Source: Chlorokybus atmophyticus
Lineage: Eukaryota; Plantae; Mesostigma and Chlorokybus algae
Length of the DNA stretch: 64,000 nucleotides
Assembly (NCBI GenBank): GCA_009103225.1
Contig: RHPI01002069.1
Coordinates: 1,470,744 to 1,534,743 of the forward strand
Direction of reading: 5' to 3'
Each line of letters starts with the position of its first letter. The first letter of the stretch is position 1. Shown in pieces: positions 11,265 to 22,997 of this stretch. The translations under genes and the position numbers were made by a program. The notes beneath the pieces are model-generated. The model did not search any database. It saw nothing but the letters and a program-made list of their open reading frames with translations, and was not told the DNA's origin.

Positions 11265-13472
11265 TCAATGTTGCGTAGGACGGACACCCAAATGCGCTCT
11301 GCTTGAGGTCCGCATGGCACTTGTTAAGCGACATCAAGGTGTGGAGGAGGGGCCGCACGAACCCCTGATGGTGCGGCCGCAGTGGCAGCATGGGTTGACA
11401 AAGGTGCGGCAACATCAATTGCAGCAGTCGTGGTGACGCAGGTCGCCGCTGTGAGCGTCGCCGCAGTCGTGACTGGGGCAATGTCCGCAGCTGTACCGGG
11501 TGTGGCGCCAACACCACTAATGGGTTCGCAAGCCATGGCTGCAGCAGCCTCAGTGCCGGTGATCTCCAGCGCCACCGTGGTGCTGGGTGTATCCGCACTG
11601 GCGGCACCTGTGGGTGTTATTGTCGACGGTGTCGTCCCAGCAAGGGTTGTGGCCGCCGAGCCAACCCCACTTGTGGCTTTCAACAACGCTGCTGTTGACG
11701 ATGTGCGCACGTCTCAATTGTTGAACATGCGATGCAGGGGGGGTGTTTATTTCGCGTTTTGGTGCCATCAAGGCCCATTGGGCAGCGTAGCAGGCTTGGT
11801 AGTTTTGCTCCTTGTCGTCTTTCAGCTGGGCCACTCGTGCCATCAGGGCCACGACTTGGTCGACAGCTAGTGAACTAGCTGATGCTTTGACAGCAGCAGC
11901 TGCAACGCGAGGGCGTCCCTCTGGTCCCTTGCGCTGTGGAGGGCGGTTTTTCCCTCTGTAGCCAGTCTCCTCTTGAGCGCCAGCGTGGTTGTTGTTGGGG
12001 TTGTGGCCACTAGCGTTGTTGCCGTTAGTGTGACCACCAGCGTCGTTGCTGTTGTTATAGCCCCGCTGTTGTTGTTGTAGCCAATAGAACGCCGCAGCTC
12101 GGGAAACTTGAGTCAGCATACTGCCTCCAAGTGTCCCGTCTTGTGGCAGTCGCACATAAGATTGCCGTAATCTTCGGTGCATTCTTTTTTGTAGTGCCCA
12201 TGTCGACCACACCGATGGCACAGCACTGGAGGAAAAAGGGCAGCATAAGCTGACCGTTTGTCCTTGTTGCGCGTGACTTGAGCATCCCGACTGCGATCCC
12301 GTCGCGGGGCTCAGCACTCGCGCTTGCCATGGGACGTGAGGTGTTGCGGTTGGTGTCAAATACCGCCTTCTCACACACAGCACGCTTGTGAATGGCTTGT
12401 GCAGTCTCGAAAGCTTCCTTGAGGGTGAAGTGGAGGGGTCTAATGTAGATCAGTGTCAAACACGTCAACTCGCTCAAGGTGGGGTCCAACTCAGCCATGT
12501 ACACTACTGCAGCTGCTTCCTCACAGACGATCTTGTAATCAGTGTCCTTCAGTAGTCCTTCCAGCCGCGAATACAGCCGGAGAGGACCTTGCTGGTAGTC
12601 TGGCGCGAGAAGGTACGCCGCAGTGCAACGTACAGGTCCTTGAAAGAAGAGTCCGACATAATAGCACTAACGGTGATGGCTGGTGCGCGCAACGCCACCC
12701 AGCTAAGTGTGAAAAGGCTGGCTCCTGCTGGAGTATGCGAGCCCGGTGCTGGTAGTACTGGTGTCCTCGTTTTCAAGGCTGCAGCTTGTTATTTAGCCTA
12801 GCTTGCTGAGCCTCGATAATGGCAGCGATGCGGTTAAGCACTCTGGTCCGTTGGTCGGCCTTCTTCACCTCGACCTCTGCAAGTGTTAGCGAGGCAACTA
12901 TCAGCTCGTCTTCTTCGTCCTCTGCCTGTTGTATAGCTACGGCTAACGCCCATGCAGTGACTGGGGTTGGAGAGACCACTGCTGCTGAGGCAGCAGCTGC
13001 TGGGCTATACGTCGGTGCAGGTGCTATGCTGCTGGCAAGCTCGCCATAGCCATCAATTGTGTGCAGCTCAGCAATGAACTTCACACATTGTGTGCCTCAC
13101 GATCAAGCTACTGAGCCATGTTATAATATGACACTTCATCTGACCAGTGCTTATTCTCGAGGGCTTGCTGCATCTTGGAGTGAAACTGGATGATGAACTC
13201 ATTAAGTGGTGTGGTGCCAGCACGTCCGAGAATGCGCAAGGAGTTGGTTGAGCTGGAAGGCTCCATTTCTTCGCTGTAACTGTCCGAAAGAGGTGGAGAA
13301 GCTTGCTGGCGAGGAGTGAAGTAATAGGAGGTGAAGCCGGAGACAGGGTGAGAGCCTCTGCTGCTACGGTATCTGCTTCCTTCACTTGCTCGTTCGTAGG
13401 TGAGGTTGGAGGTCGGGCTCCAGCTGCTGAGGTCCCCTCGTCTATTGGCGAGAATGGGGTGGGCCTGCTCAA
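11265..13472 (-). pseudogene. Frameshifted gag-like ORF with CCHC zinc knuckles (possibly Copia-type)
   Basis: Minus strand ~12110-12222 translates CHRCGRHGHYKKEC...CDCHKTGHLEAVC. The upstream segment LYVALRRTFSRQTTSKV resembles Copia gag. Cut at the LTR boundary 11264. Confidence 0.55.
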
Positions 13473-14819
13473 ATAGGTGATGCGATGGTGAAAGTGTATG
13501 AAGGGTAGAGTGTTTGTGCTCTATAAAATTATCTCAATGCTGCTATCACTCACCGCACTAGTGCTTGTGCGCACTATGTGATGACAGTGATAATGATGCA
13601 CGAGGATGTATATAACTGCAAGCGGCACTTCTGTTGTTCAAGATGCAACTACACTTATTTTAGCAAAGAGGGTGTTACTGTGAGTCAACAAGCCACTACT
13701 ATAGATAGTGCTGTATACACAGTTCTTGGCATGAGTGGAAAATGTGTTACACTGTTAAGTGAGGTGAATTAGCAAGCAACACGTGGATGCTATGCCCTGA
13801 CTAATGCCAACAAGCACATTGCGACCCAGCGCACCAAGCTCACAGCAGCAACAAGCACGGTGCACACGAGCATGCACAGACTCTCACACGGTGAGGGGAT
13901 TCTCAATACCCAGGAGGACGTGTTTGTAGTTCAAATCGCTTCAACAGCTCCTAGCTTTCACACTTTCAGTATCATCAGCTGATCCGGTAAACACTGCGAC
14001 TACATATACAAGTTAAATCATGACTGTTCAGAACACAAGTTAACGATCATATCGGGGCTATTCCCACGAGAAACTCCCCATCCATATAGAATATAACATA
14101 TAACTGAATTCACAACTGAAACAGCTACGCGCGGTGCCTATGTAGGCTACAGTCATGAGCTAGTTTAAGGTTATGATTTATCTACTGGTCAGTGACGCGC
14201 GCGGATTGGTATGCTGATAGTCCGGGCGCGGGTCTTGATGTAAGCATGCCCGATGCAGGCTGGCACATGAGGACAATGGGCATGACAATGCGTAATGCAG
14301 CCGACCACCTTCAAAGCGCCACGGACCGTGGCGTACGGTCCGTTCCGTGACCCACGGATCAATCAACATGACGTAGGATTTGTGTTGGCCGCCCAATGCA
14401 AACGTTGTTCGGCTTATTGACGCCATCATTTGTGCGGCTGGTCACATGCGCAGCGGCTGGTCTCAGAAGAAGCGGATCAGTAGCGGCCATAGCCGTAATC
14501 CCGCAAACTTTGGAAGCAACGTGGAAGCAACCAGGCTCCGCTAACCACCTTGGCTCGCCCTTGCGATCGACTCGACCTCAGTTAACTTTTGCTCCTCGAC
14601 ATCACCACCGGTTCCCGATATCTTATGCATTACCCGCAAGACCCGTGTGATTCAGCACGTCCGTCGATTGTTTGGTTAGCCAAATAGCGAACGCAGTTGG
14701 TTTGTCGGCTAGGGTTGGCTTCCGGGCAGCTTCCACAGCTGGGCGGCGACGACGGTGGCGAGGTGGCTGGCATGTGTCAGCGGCTGTTTAGGTCTATGAG
14801 ATATTCCTCTGCCTTACAG

Positions 14820-17090
14820 CATAGTGCAGCCTGAGAGGCTCTTTCGCGCTGGCGAGCGATGTGGAGGATGCCTCCCATGGCATGGACGCCGTCTCTGCGG
14901 AGGAGGGCGGCCAGTTATCCGTGGATGAGGCGTTTCCTGTTGTGGTGAGCAAGCTCAACGTCAATGTTTACATAGCTTAGCTGACGCAACTCGCATATTC
15001 AGTCATTGGCATGCTGCATGCCCATGCATTGTGCCTGTCAACCAAATGTGCTGCGTAGTTCGTAGCGGTTTCCGTTGGAACGTGTCTTGCTTGGTGAGTG
15101 ATTTGAGCACTATTATGTTGTACTTCAACACGGCCAGTGCGCATGTGCTTGTCCTCACAGCTGGCTTAAGTCGTAAATTGTGCATGTTGCGTGCATCAAT
15201 TGAGGCTGCTCTCACACTGGTTGTTTGTTTTTGACTACTGTCATTTACTGCGCGTACTTGTCTCCTGTTCGCCATCTCCGCTGTAAGGCAACTTTGACTG
15301 TTTGAGCTCAATGTCAACAATGCGAAGCAATCATTGCACTTGTCCATGGCAAGCGCACAGACTCCAGCGTAATGCAGCAACTGTTGCACAAGCTGCCATG
15401 TCAATGCTCTTCGTTGTGCAAGCAGGATGCTCAGGAGGTGACGCGTGCGGCCGGTTTACCGGACATTGTGGATGGCGTTCCGGACAGTGTTACCCCCCAT
15501 CACATGGCAGTGTTTTACGATTTCTTCTTCAGGTATACTCCCTGTCCGCATGGCTGTGACGGGTGCACTACTCACTGAAACGTGTCTGCATGCTGCTTTT
15601 TGCAACATTCAGGAGTGTTGTTTGTGTTAACTTAATACCGCAGAAGCTGCTGTAACTACAACTAGCTTGGTGCAGATATTACGTCCGACGAGTCATGAAA
15701 ATGCCAGTTGGCCAGTCGCCTCGCGTTTGCAATGGGGATTGGGAGCAGCAGCTCAATGTGCTCATGCTGGATGATACATACAAGGTATAGTGTAGTGTGA
15801 CAGTCTCAGACAATATGCTTGCAAGCGCTGTAACCGCAAGGTTAATCAGTAAGCTGCATAAATTGATGGTGTTGTGGCAGGTTCCCACCGCGCTATTCCG
15901 GCCGCTGCTCCAGTACCTTGCGCGCAACGTGCCAGAGATGGCGCAGAAAACTGCACAATTCAAGTTGACGCGTTGGCTCAACGGAAAAGCTGGGATGCAG
16001 TGCATTCTTAAGACGGTGCCTTCACCCCTCCCACCTCACGTGTATGTGCGAGGGCAAGGCGCGGGCGAGCACAAAGGGCGCGATGCCATCTGCGGCATTC
16101 GACTGTTTGAAGCCACAGAGGAAATTCTATCACCCCTGTTAGGTAAACCCTTCTTGAGCAGTGACTCATCGGCATACGTGCAAAGCTTGCTCTTATGGTA
16201 TATCTTTCAGGTGGGCCAGTTGCTGCAGCCAAGGCAGAGGAGTTCAAGCGGTTGTTCAGACTCGACACGATGGACATCCCGCGGTCGGCGCTGGCGTACG
16301 AGGACGACTACACGCGCAAAACGCCGGAGGAGCGCGCGGCGATCTCCGCCCGCAACCGTGCGAATGCCAAGAAGAAGAGGAGACCGCGGTCGGGGTCGGC
16401 GGCAGCAGCAGCGGCTGCAGCCGTGGCCGGGGTCCTTCCTGAAGACCAACAGCACAACGCTTGGGGCGCGGTCTCCCCAACAGAACTGGCAAGCATGAGC
16501 GCTGCTACCACAACGGCCATGGCACCGGAACCTCCCGGAGAACCTGTTCAGGCCAGCATTGCCGCCGCTGATGCGCTCGGCTCGTGGGACTTGTATGAAG
16601 AGATCAACGCGCCCTACATGGTTATTCAGGTAAGTTACGGGCCCATGCAACTATGGTCGGGAATCGGCCAATGCGCAATGCGCGTGCATAGTTGCCTTAC
16701 AAATGTAGCTTGATAGTTGGCCGGCAACATTGTACCAATCCTGATGTGGCTTATGCTGCACAGGTGGATGTACCCGGGTTGAGGGAAGGGGAGTTGTTTT
16801 CGTTAAGTGATTTGAAGGTGCTGCCGACGGGCGAATGGAGGTTACAGTGGCGCAGGAGTCAGGAGAATTGTTTGGATAGGAAGCTCAAGTTCAGGCGAGT
16901 GATAAACGGTCGGCACGTGGAGAAGCCAACAATGGTAGGGGGTAAGCTGGGCTGTCCCATAGACACCACAACCCCGATAGATGCGCGAATACTTGACGGC
17001 GTGCTCACAATCAGGGTGCGCAAGCTTGTTGGTGCCGCGCTGGGGTGGTCTAATCAGCCAGAAAAAAGAAAAAAGATGAAGCTGAGATGA
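14820..17090 (+). CDS. Multi-exon gene with a C-terminal Hsp20/alpha-crystallin-like domain (5' end uncertain)
   Basis: GT-AG-bounded exons near 14820-14944, 15426-15532, 15881-16141, 16211-16629 and 16764-17090. The last exons give MVIQ|VDVPGL...ARILDGVLTIRVRK. Basic stretch KKKRRPR. Confidence 0.6.
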
Positions 17091-17727
17091 GATGAGGTGT
17101 TTGAATACATTTCCATGTACAGCTTAGAGCGGCGCCTGTTCCAGTGCGGCAACAGGCTTCGTTGTATGATAACATAGATTGATTAAACTAGGTACTGGCC
17201 AGGTGCGGTCTAACCACCAAGACCTGCAGTTGCGCAATTTTTTGTGTGGCAGCTTGTCAAGTAATAGTAGTACCAGAGTGAAGAGCATGAAGAGCAACCA
17301 TGTTATCACTGTTTGCCGCAGTGGAGGGTGGAGTCATTCCTTGCACTACTATAAAATATACAGAGCAAGTACAAAATACGCAGGTCCGTTTGCTGTGCGA
17401 GACGTCTGTTGGTGGGCTGTGCGTACTGGTGGCATGTGCAAAATGCAGAATACGAATGTGTGAGTGCAAGCCTGTGCACAACCCCACCACCCAACCCAAC
17501 CCAATTTACTCAGAACATGCACTGCACAAGAGCACATGAATGGCACAAGCCCAGTGCCACCACAGCACAGCACGCACAGCACTGCGAACGTGGACACTGC
17601 GTAAGGGTTGACGCAGAACAAGACTGCAAGCAGCGACGGAGCAAGCGGAAGAAGCGCAAGGAGGCGGATGGGGAGGAGAGGGCGAAGGAGTTGTCGTCGC
17701 TGCTCCTGTGGACGTTGTGGGCAACCG

Positions 17728-18620
17728 CTAACCACGGCCCATGTGGGCAGGCACTACATGCATGTACTGACTGCTATGGCTAACGGAGTGTGGGTAGTAG
17801 AGTAGGTGGTGAAGCCAGTAGCCCGGTGATCTACATGAACAGTGTGAACTGCATGTTGACATCATGCTGGGTCCATTGCATGTGTTGTGCATGTGCACAT
17901 CAAATGCAGGACATGCATGCGCATGCACAACGTGTAGTCCAGTCAGCACGCAGCAACACATGCAAGGTGTCGTACAAATGACATTTAGTTGACCACCGGG
18001 CTACTACTAGCACGCTAATCTACTGCCTCTACCCCGTTAGACATGCAGCAGTCAATATGCAGTTGGTAATCACCTGCCCACATGGGCGTTGCATACGTGT
18101 CGCGCATTTCTTGTACATGCACTCGTGTTTTGCCATCCAAGAGAGCTGTTGGTGGGCATGTGCATGCTAGGATGATGGCTATTCCGCGCTCTCACCACAC
18201 CGGTGGTTGTGTACATCAAATGCAGGACATGCATGTGTATGTATGATTGCATGCGTGGTTGAGTGCAATGCCACATGATGTGTGCATGCTATGTACAAAC
18301 AATGCGAAACGGCAATGCACATGCATGTGTATGGCTGCCTTGCATGCATGACATCCCCGTTGCATCTTGTGTACACTTGTAGCATCATGTCCAGTGATGG
18401 TACTCGGCCCAGCAGGTGTTGCATGCGCAACTTCTGCAAGAATCTTAGGTGCTGTATGAGCAGGCGCATTGTCCACACCATGCATGCTGCCACCGTACCA
18501 TACCCCTTATATACACTGACGGCAACCTGCTTGATGCTAACCACACTCAGGTGGAGCACGTGCAAAAGGTGGTATGCTGCAATGTGCGGTGGTTGTCATA
18601 GCAGTTAACAAAGCTACAAC
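17728..18620. repeat. Dispersed repeat family, copy A (inverted ~100-bp modules)
   Basis: Module cccatgtgggcagg...taacgg...agcccggtg at ~17737-17830 and inverted at ~17990-18090. 18479-18517 is the exact reverse complement of 24264-24302. Confidence 0.6.
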
Positions 18621-18753
18621 CATCCACCTGAAAAGTCCTCACCGCGTGTTGCCTCAGCCAAAGCTCATGTCCTGACATGTACAGGGTGAACAGGTAGTCT
18701 GAGCGAATGCTGGAGTGCTACTGCCAGCTGGCGGTGCTGACCTGCCATGCGCA

Positions 18754-21531
18754 TCAGGCGGCTGCAGGCAAGTAGACTGGCTCTATTGCCGGCGTCGTGT
18801 TCCAACAACCTCCACCGCCATGCGTTTTGTTGCCGTGCGTTTCATTGCCATGTGTCTTGTTACCATGCGTCTCATTTCTGCCGGGATGCTCAGGCCTCCT
18901 GTGCTTCTTCTTAAGCGCTGGATGCTCTGGCTGCAAACACACAAGGGCTTAGCAGTTAGAACAGCAGTATTTCAGGATAATAGCTATAGCTGCAGCATGA
19001 ACCTGTACTCTTACTGACCAGCTTGCACTGTCTGCAGCAGCACTTGCGCCCGCACTTAGTTCCACATGCCATGCGCATGACAAACCCAGTCTTGCCACCA
19101 CCACGGTCCTGGATCACAATTGCCATCGGTTTGAATTGTCATGCTGATACCACACAGCACAGTGATTGACTCACGCGGCCAGGATGCGTGCGGTTGATTG
19201 CATCCGTGGTGGTCGGCAGGTCAAGGGAGGTGGTGTAGCCGCCCAGCCAGATGTGGTTATGACCGCAGTCCATGGACAGCACTGCGTCGTCTCCAAACCC
19301 ACCATACCATGTGCTGTACATCAGACGCCCTGCATGACCGCCACAGACACACTACAGTCAGGTTGCCCGTTGAATGGGTGTGTATGCAAGACACGCAGCA
19401 AGTTGGAAGAGAGCAGTTATAACCTGTTGAGTTGGAAAACATGGCGATGAATGCGTCTTGCGCTCCACCACGAGTGGCAGCCATCTCTGTCACTGCAAAG
19501 CTGTCGGAGGCGGTGTACCCAGCGACCCATACCTGTTCGCAAGCACAACACAACCGTACATATCAACAGGGTCAGTTACAACCTCAATGTCACTCACCTA
19601 TCTGCAACTTGCAACCGCATGCAGAGTTAGTCATGAATGCGTGCCTTAAGAGCTTGTTACTTGCCTGTGTGCCGTTGCCCATAGTACACATGGTTGTCAC
19701 TGCGTCGTCACCAAAGCCTCCCATGTAAGTGCTGAACGTCAAATTGTCTGCAACAACTCGATGCATGAACACCACCGTCACGCTGGGCATGGTATGTTCA
19801 TGCGACTGACTGGTAACTTGTTTGGAGCACGCGCGTGCAGATGTCAAGGCGCTCACAATGAGGGTCAAACTTGGAGATGAACGCGTCCAGGTTGCGGCGG
19901 CCGCTGCGGCGCGGCTGCATTGGCCTGCCGGCAACCGGGAAGTTCTCGCTGTCGGTGTCGCCCGCAACCCAACCGCCACCATCAGCGCCGCCGGACACGA
20001 CCGCTCGGATGCTGTCGACACTGTTGCCTCCCAGATAAGTGGCGTACGCAAACTTGCCTATCACACAAAGTGTTAATGCCACAAGGAAGGGGTGTGCGTG
20101 TGATGAAGACTGGTAGCGACCTTTCTGGTCAAAGACAGCAAGAAAGCCGTTGCGGTTTCCCGCCGATTGGCGCTGGTACGCGTGGTCAGACACTGTGAGG
20201 TCCCAGCTGAGAACAGAGAAGTGGATTGCAAACATCACATAAGCCTTGCTTGCCACTGCGCTGAAGATGCTAAAGAAGTAACAAGCTGCTTGCATGAGTC
20301 ATTGAGGGCATGCTTCTTGCCTTGTGGAGTGGCCTCCAACCCACACTGAAGAGAGGTTGGACGAGCCGACGTCTATAGCAGTTGGATAGTCCACTCCCAT
20401 TCCACCATAGCGCGTGCTGTACAGAAGCTCACCCTTGGATGAAAACTTCGCCACAAACGCGTCCAGCGGGATCGGTGCGTGCAAGGCTGACTTGGGGAAT
20501 GGCTGAAAGGCGTCCCTCGTGACCGGAAAGTCTATTGACTGTATCATTAAAGTAAGCTACGTGTACCGAAGTGTTTGCAATTCGCTTATAACAACCATGT
20601 CAAGCTTGAAAGGTTTCTACCTGAGTTGCACCCACTATCCAGACGTCGCCATCCAGTGTTGTGGACATGGCTGTGATGGTGTCCAAGTCTGAGCCTCCAA
20701 AGTATGTCGCGTACAGGACCTTGCCTACATGCAGCAGAACGTGCATATAAACACACTGGTTGTTTGCATGCGCATACGCCGAACCTGTCACATAGCTCAC
20801 TCACCATGGCTGTCCAGGTTGGCCAGAAAACCGCAGGGCTCCTGCGGACAGTCTCTCATAAAGGCGTCGCTGGTCATGTTGATGTCTGAAGATTCGGTTG
20901 ATCCTGCAAGAGCGCCATGCATGCATACAGCCGTGCCACAGTGTGGTGTGATTCATTAAGTACAGCGCTGTACATCAAGAATACATACCTGCGATCCAGA
21001 CGCTCTTGCCGTCCTTTGCCAGTGCCGCTGCATTGATCCGATCATCAAAGGAGCCCCCAAACAAGCCACTGTACTTCAGCTCGCCTGTGGGAGAGAGAAA
21101 CAGCACTGTTGAGCAGTATGGCAGGAAGAGGATGCGTTGCTGAAGCCAGTGCCAGGTTCAACCTTGGGCGGTGAGGTGAGAGACGAAGCTGTTGAGGTGG
21201 GCGCGGGTGAGGCCCCGCCGCAGGGCTCTGCTGCTTGTTAGCGGGAAGTCGTCAGAGGTGACAACGCCGGCCGCCCACGCCTGCAGGGGATCCTTGGCCA
21301 CACCCGCCACCGCCGCCACGTAATCGCCGTTGTCGCTGCCGCCCAGGTAGCTGCTGTACATCACCTCTGCGTGCATGTGCATGTGCTTCAGCTTGTAAGC
21401 TGATGGTCAACTGTGTGTATGTTGCTGTGATCCAACACCCACACAGCGTCCTCACCGTCAGGAAGAACCCCGGCATGCACAGCGATGAGCAGCTCAAGCA
21501 GAAGCACGAGGACCAGTAGGCGGCGAGCCAT
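18754..21531 (-). CDS. Secreted SBBP-repeat (seven-bladed beta-propeller) protein, ~11 exons; 3' end uncertain
   Basis: Signal-peptide-like MARRLLVLVLLLELLIAVHAG. Seven repeats begin YSSYLGG, YSGLFGG, YATYFGG, YSTRYGG, YATYLGG, FSTYMGG and YSTWYGG, each followed by W(V/I)xGxTxSxDFP and DAF-type motifs. The exons join in frame. Confidence 0.85.
18817..18876 (-). repeat. 4 x 15-bp coding tandem repeat (NETHG/NKTHG)
   Basis: AATGAGACGCATGGT AACAAGACACATGGC AATGAAACGCACGGC AACAAAACGCATGGC on the minus strand. Confidence 0.9.
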
Positions 21532-22428
21532 GGCGCCGCACACACCGTGCGCAAAGGTTGAGACAGTCGCTGCAAGGTATTGTGGTGAGCTTTGGCGTGC
21601 TGCTGTTGCGCGTCCCATGCGCTGAGGTGGAGGCGCTGCTTCAGAGCTGAGGTCACTGATGGAGTTGTACAGAGGGGGGCAGGTTGACAGCTGTCCAGCG
21701 TCGGACGTTGCTGACGCAAGACGCTGGGGGGGCATGCATTGCCAGGCGGTGACGGAGCTCTGTCAACAGCTCTCGAGGGTGTTGACAGCCTTGTCACAGC
21801 TGGAGCCGCTAGACAATTGCAGAGGTTGGTTGCCACCGTCCTATGCCCACTACCCAGCACAAACGATACGAAAAGCCTCTCAGCTTGCGCAGTGCTGCAG
21901 TTACTGCCGACCACTGGTAAGCAACTTAGTGGTCAGCAGCGAGCAGCAGTGCCATCCGCATGCTGCTTCAGATTCGCACGTAGGCGGCACCACCTTGGGT
22001 CTTCAGCTCATGCAGGAAGCAGCAGCACCGGCAAGCTGGTTCCTGCACTGCGCTGGCCTGTCAATAACTGGTGTGCAGCTCTTGGCTGCAAGGTGGTGCT
22101 GCTGCTGAGCAGTTTTCGTCTCCTTCAGGCAGCTTAGCTCAAACATGTGCGTCGCATGAGTCCTCAGCCGAGCATGTTTTCCTGAATTGTTCAGCGGTGA
22201 ACCACTCCACACAAAAGCATGGCCGCCGCCCATGCAGCGGGTCGCACTCAGCACCGCTACTCCCATGCATAGGAAGCCTAGGCCAGCTAGCCTGCAAGTT
22301 TGTTGCTGATCTCCTGCAATGGGCCACTAGCGTCTGTAAATGTGCTCGCGCTGAGTCTTGCATGCAGGCCTAATTGCAAGCAGCTAAAATTGCTTGCATG
22401 CAACAATACACGTTGATACCTCGTTGTA

Positions 22429-22871
22429 CGGTCTACCCCTTTTTAAGAGCATACTGTTTTTATCCTCCAAAATCGTATGCTCTTGGCGGGTTATGCTTTT
22501 GGCGTCTAAGAGCATAATATGCTCTTGAACGTCAAGAGCATATACATGCTATAAACGCGGTTTCATCACGCCCATTACGTCACGCGCATCTAGTATGCCA
22601 TTACGCTCATCATGCTTATCACGCATCACACTTTACCCATTAGGCCTTGTCCACCACGCTCATCACGTCTTATGCCACATCCGTCACGCGCTACTCTCCC
22701 GACCTTGGAATATCGCTCACAAAAACTTGCAAAGTTGTATGATTACATGCTCTTCGCGGTTAGTCATATTCTCCTAAGCACCACATTACCTAGAACCATT
22801 AGTAATCTTAACTGCTGTGCTACAAGCGGGGTTATTCTCTTGGAGCGAAGTCTCTTAGCGGGGGTAGACTG
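22429..22871. mobile_element. pogo-related MITE (443 bp)
   Basis: Left end TA|CGGTCTACCCC..TAAGAG. Right end, reverse-complemented, CAGTCTACCCCCGCTAAGAG. The CAGTCTAC terminus matches the transposon at 38651. Subterminal AAGAGCATA motifs alternate in orientation. The right flank is AA rather than TA. Confidence 0.7.
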
Positions 22872-22997
22872 AATGCCTATTATTGAAAATACTGGAAATC
22901 CTTAATGAACATCTGGACGTGCAATGTGCACTGCAAGCGTTGTCATCAAACTCTGACTGACAGGTGAGAGGGACCCTTGCCACCTACAATGCAATAC

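Noticed and set aside
17500-17735. GPI/TM-like hydrophobic C-terminal exon for the SBBP gene
   Set aside because: The SBBP frame already stops at 18754, and no splice path across the intervening repeat could be supported.
21659-22140. Gene divergent from SBBP, or a TGAC(AG) homeodomain-site cluster
   Set aside because: No recognisable protein, and the short motifs could arise by chance at this base composition.
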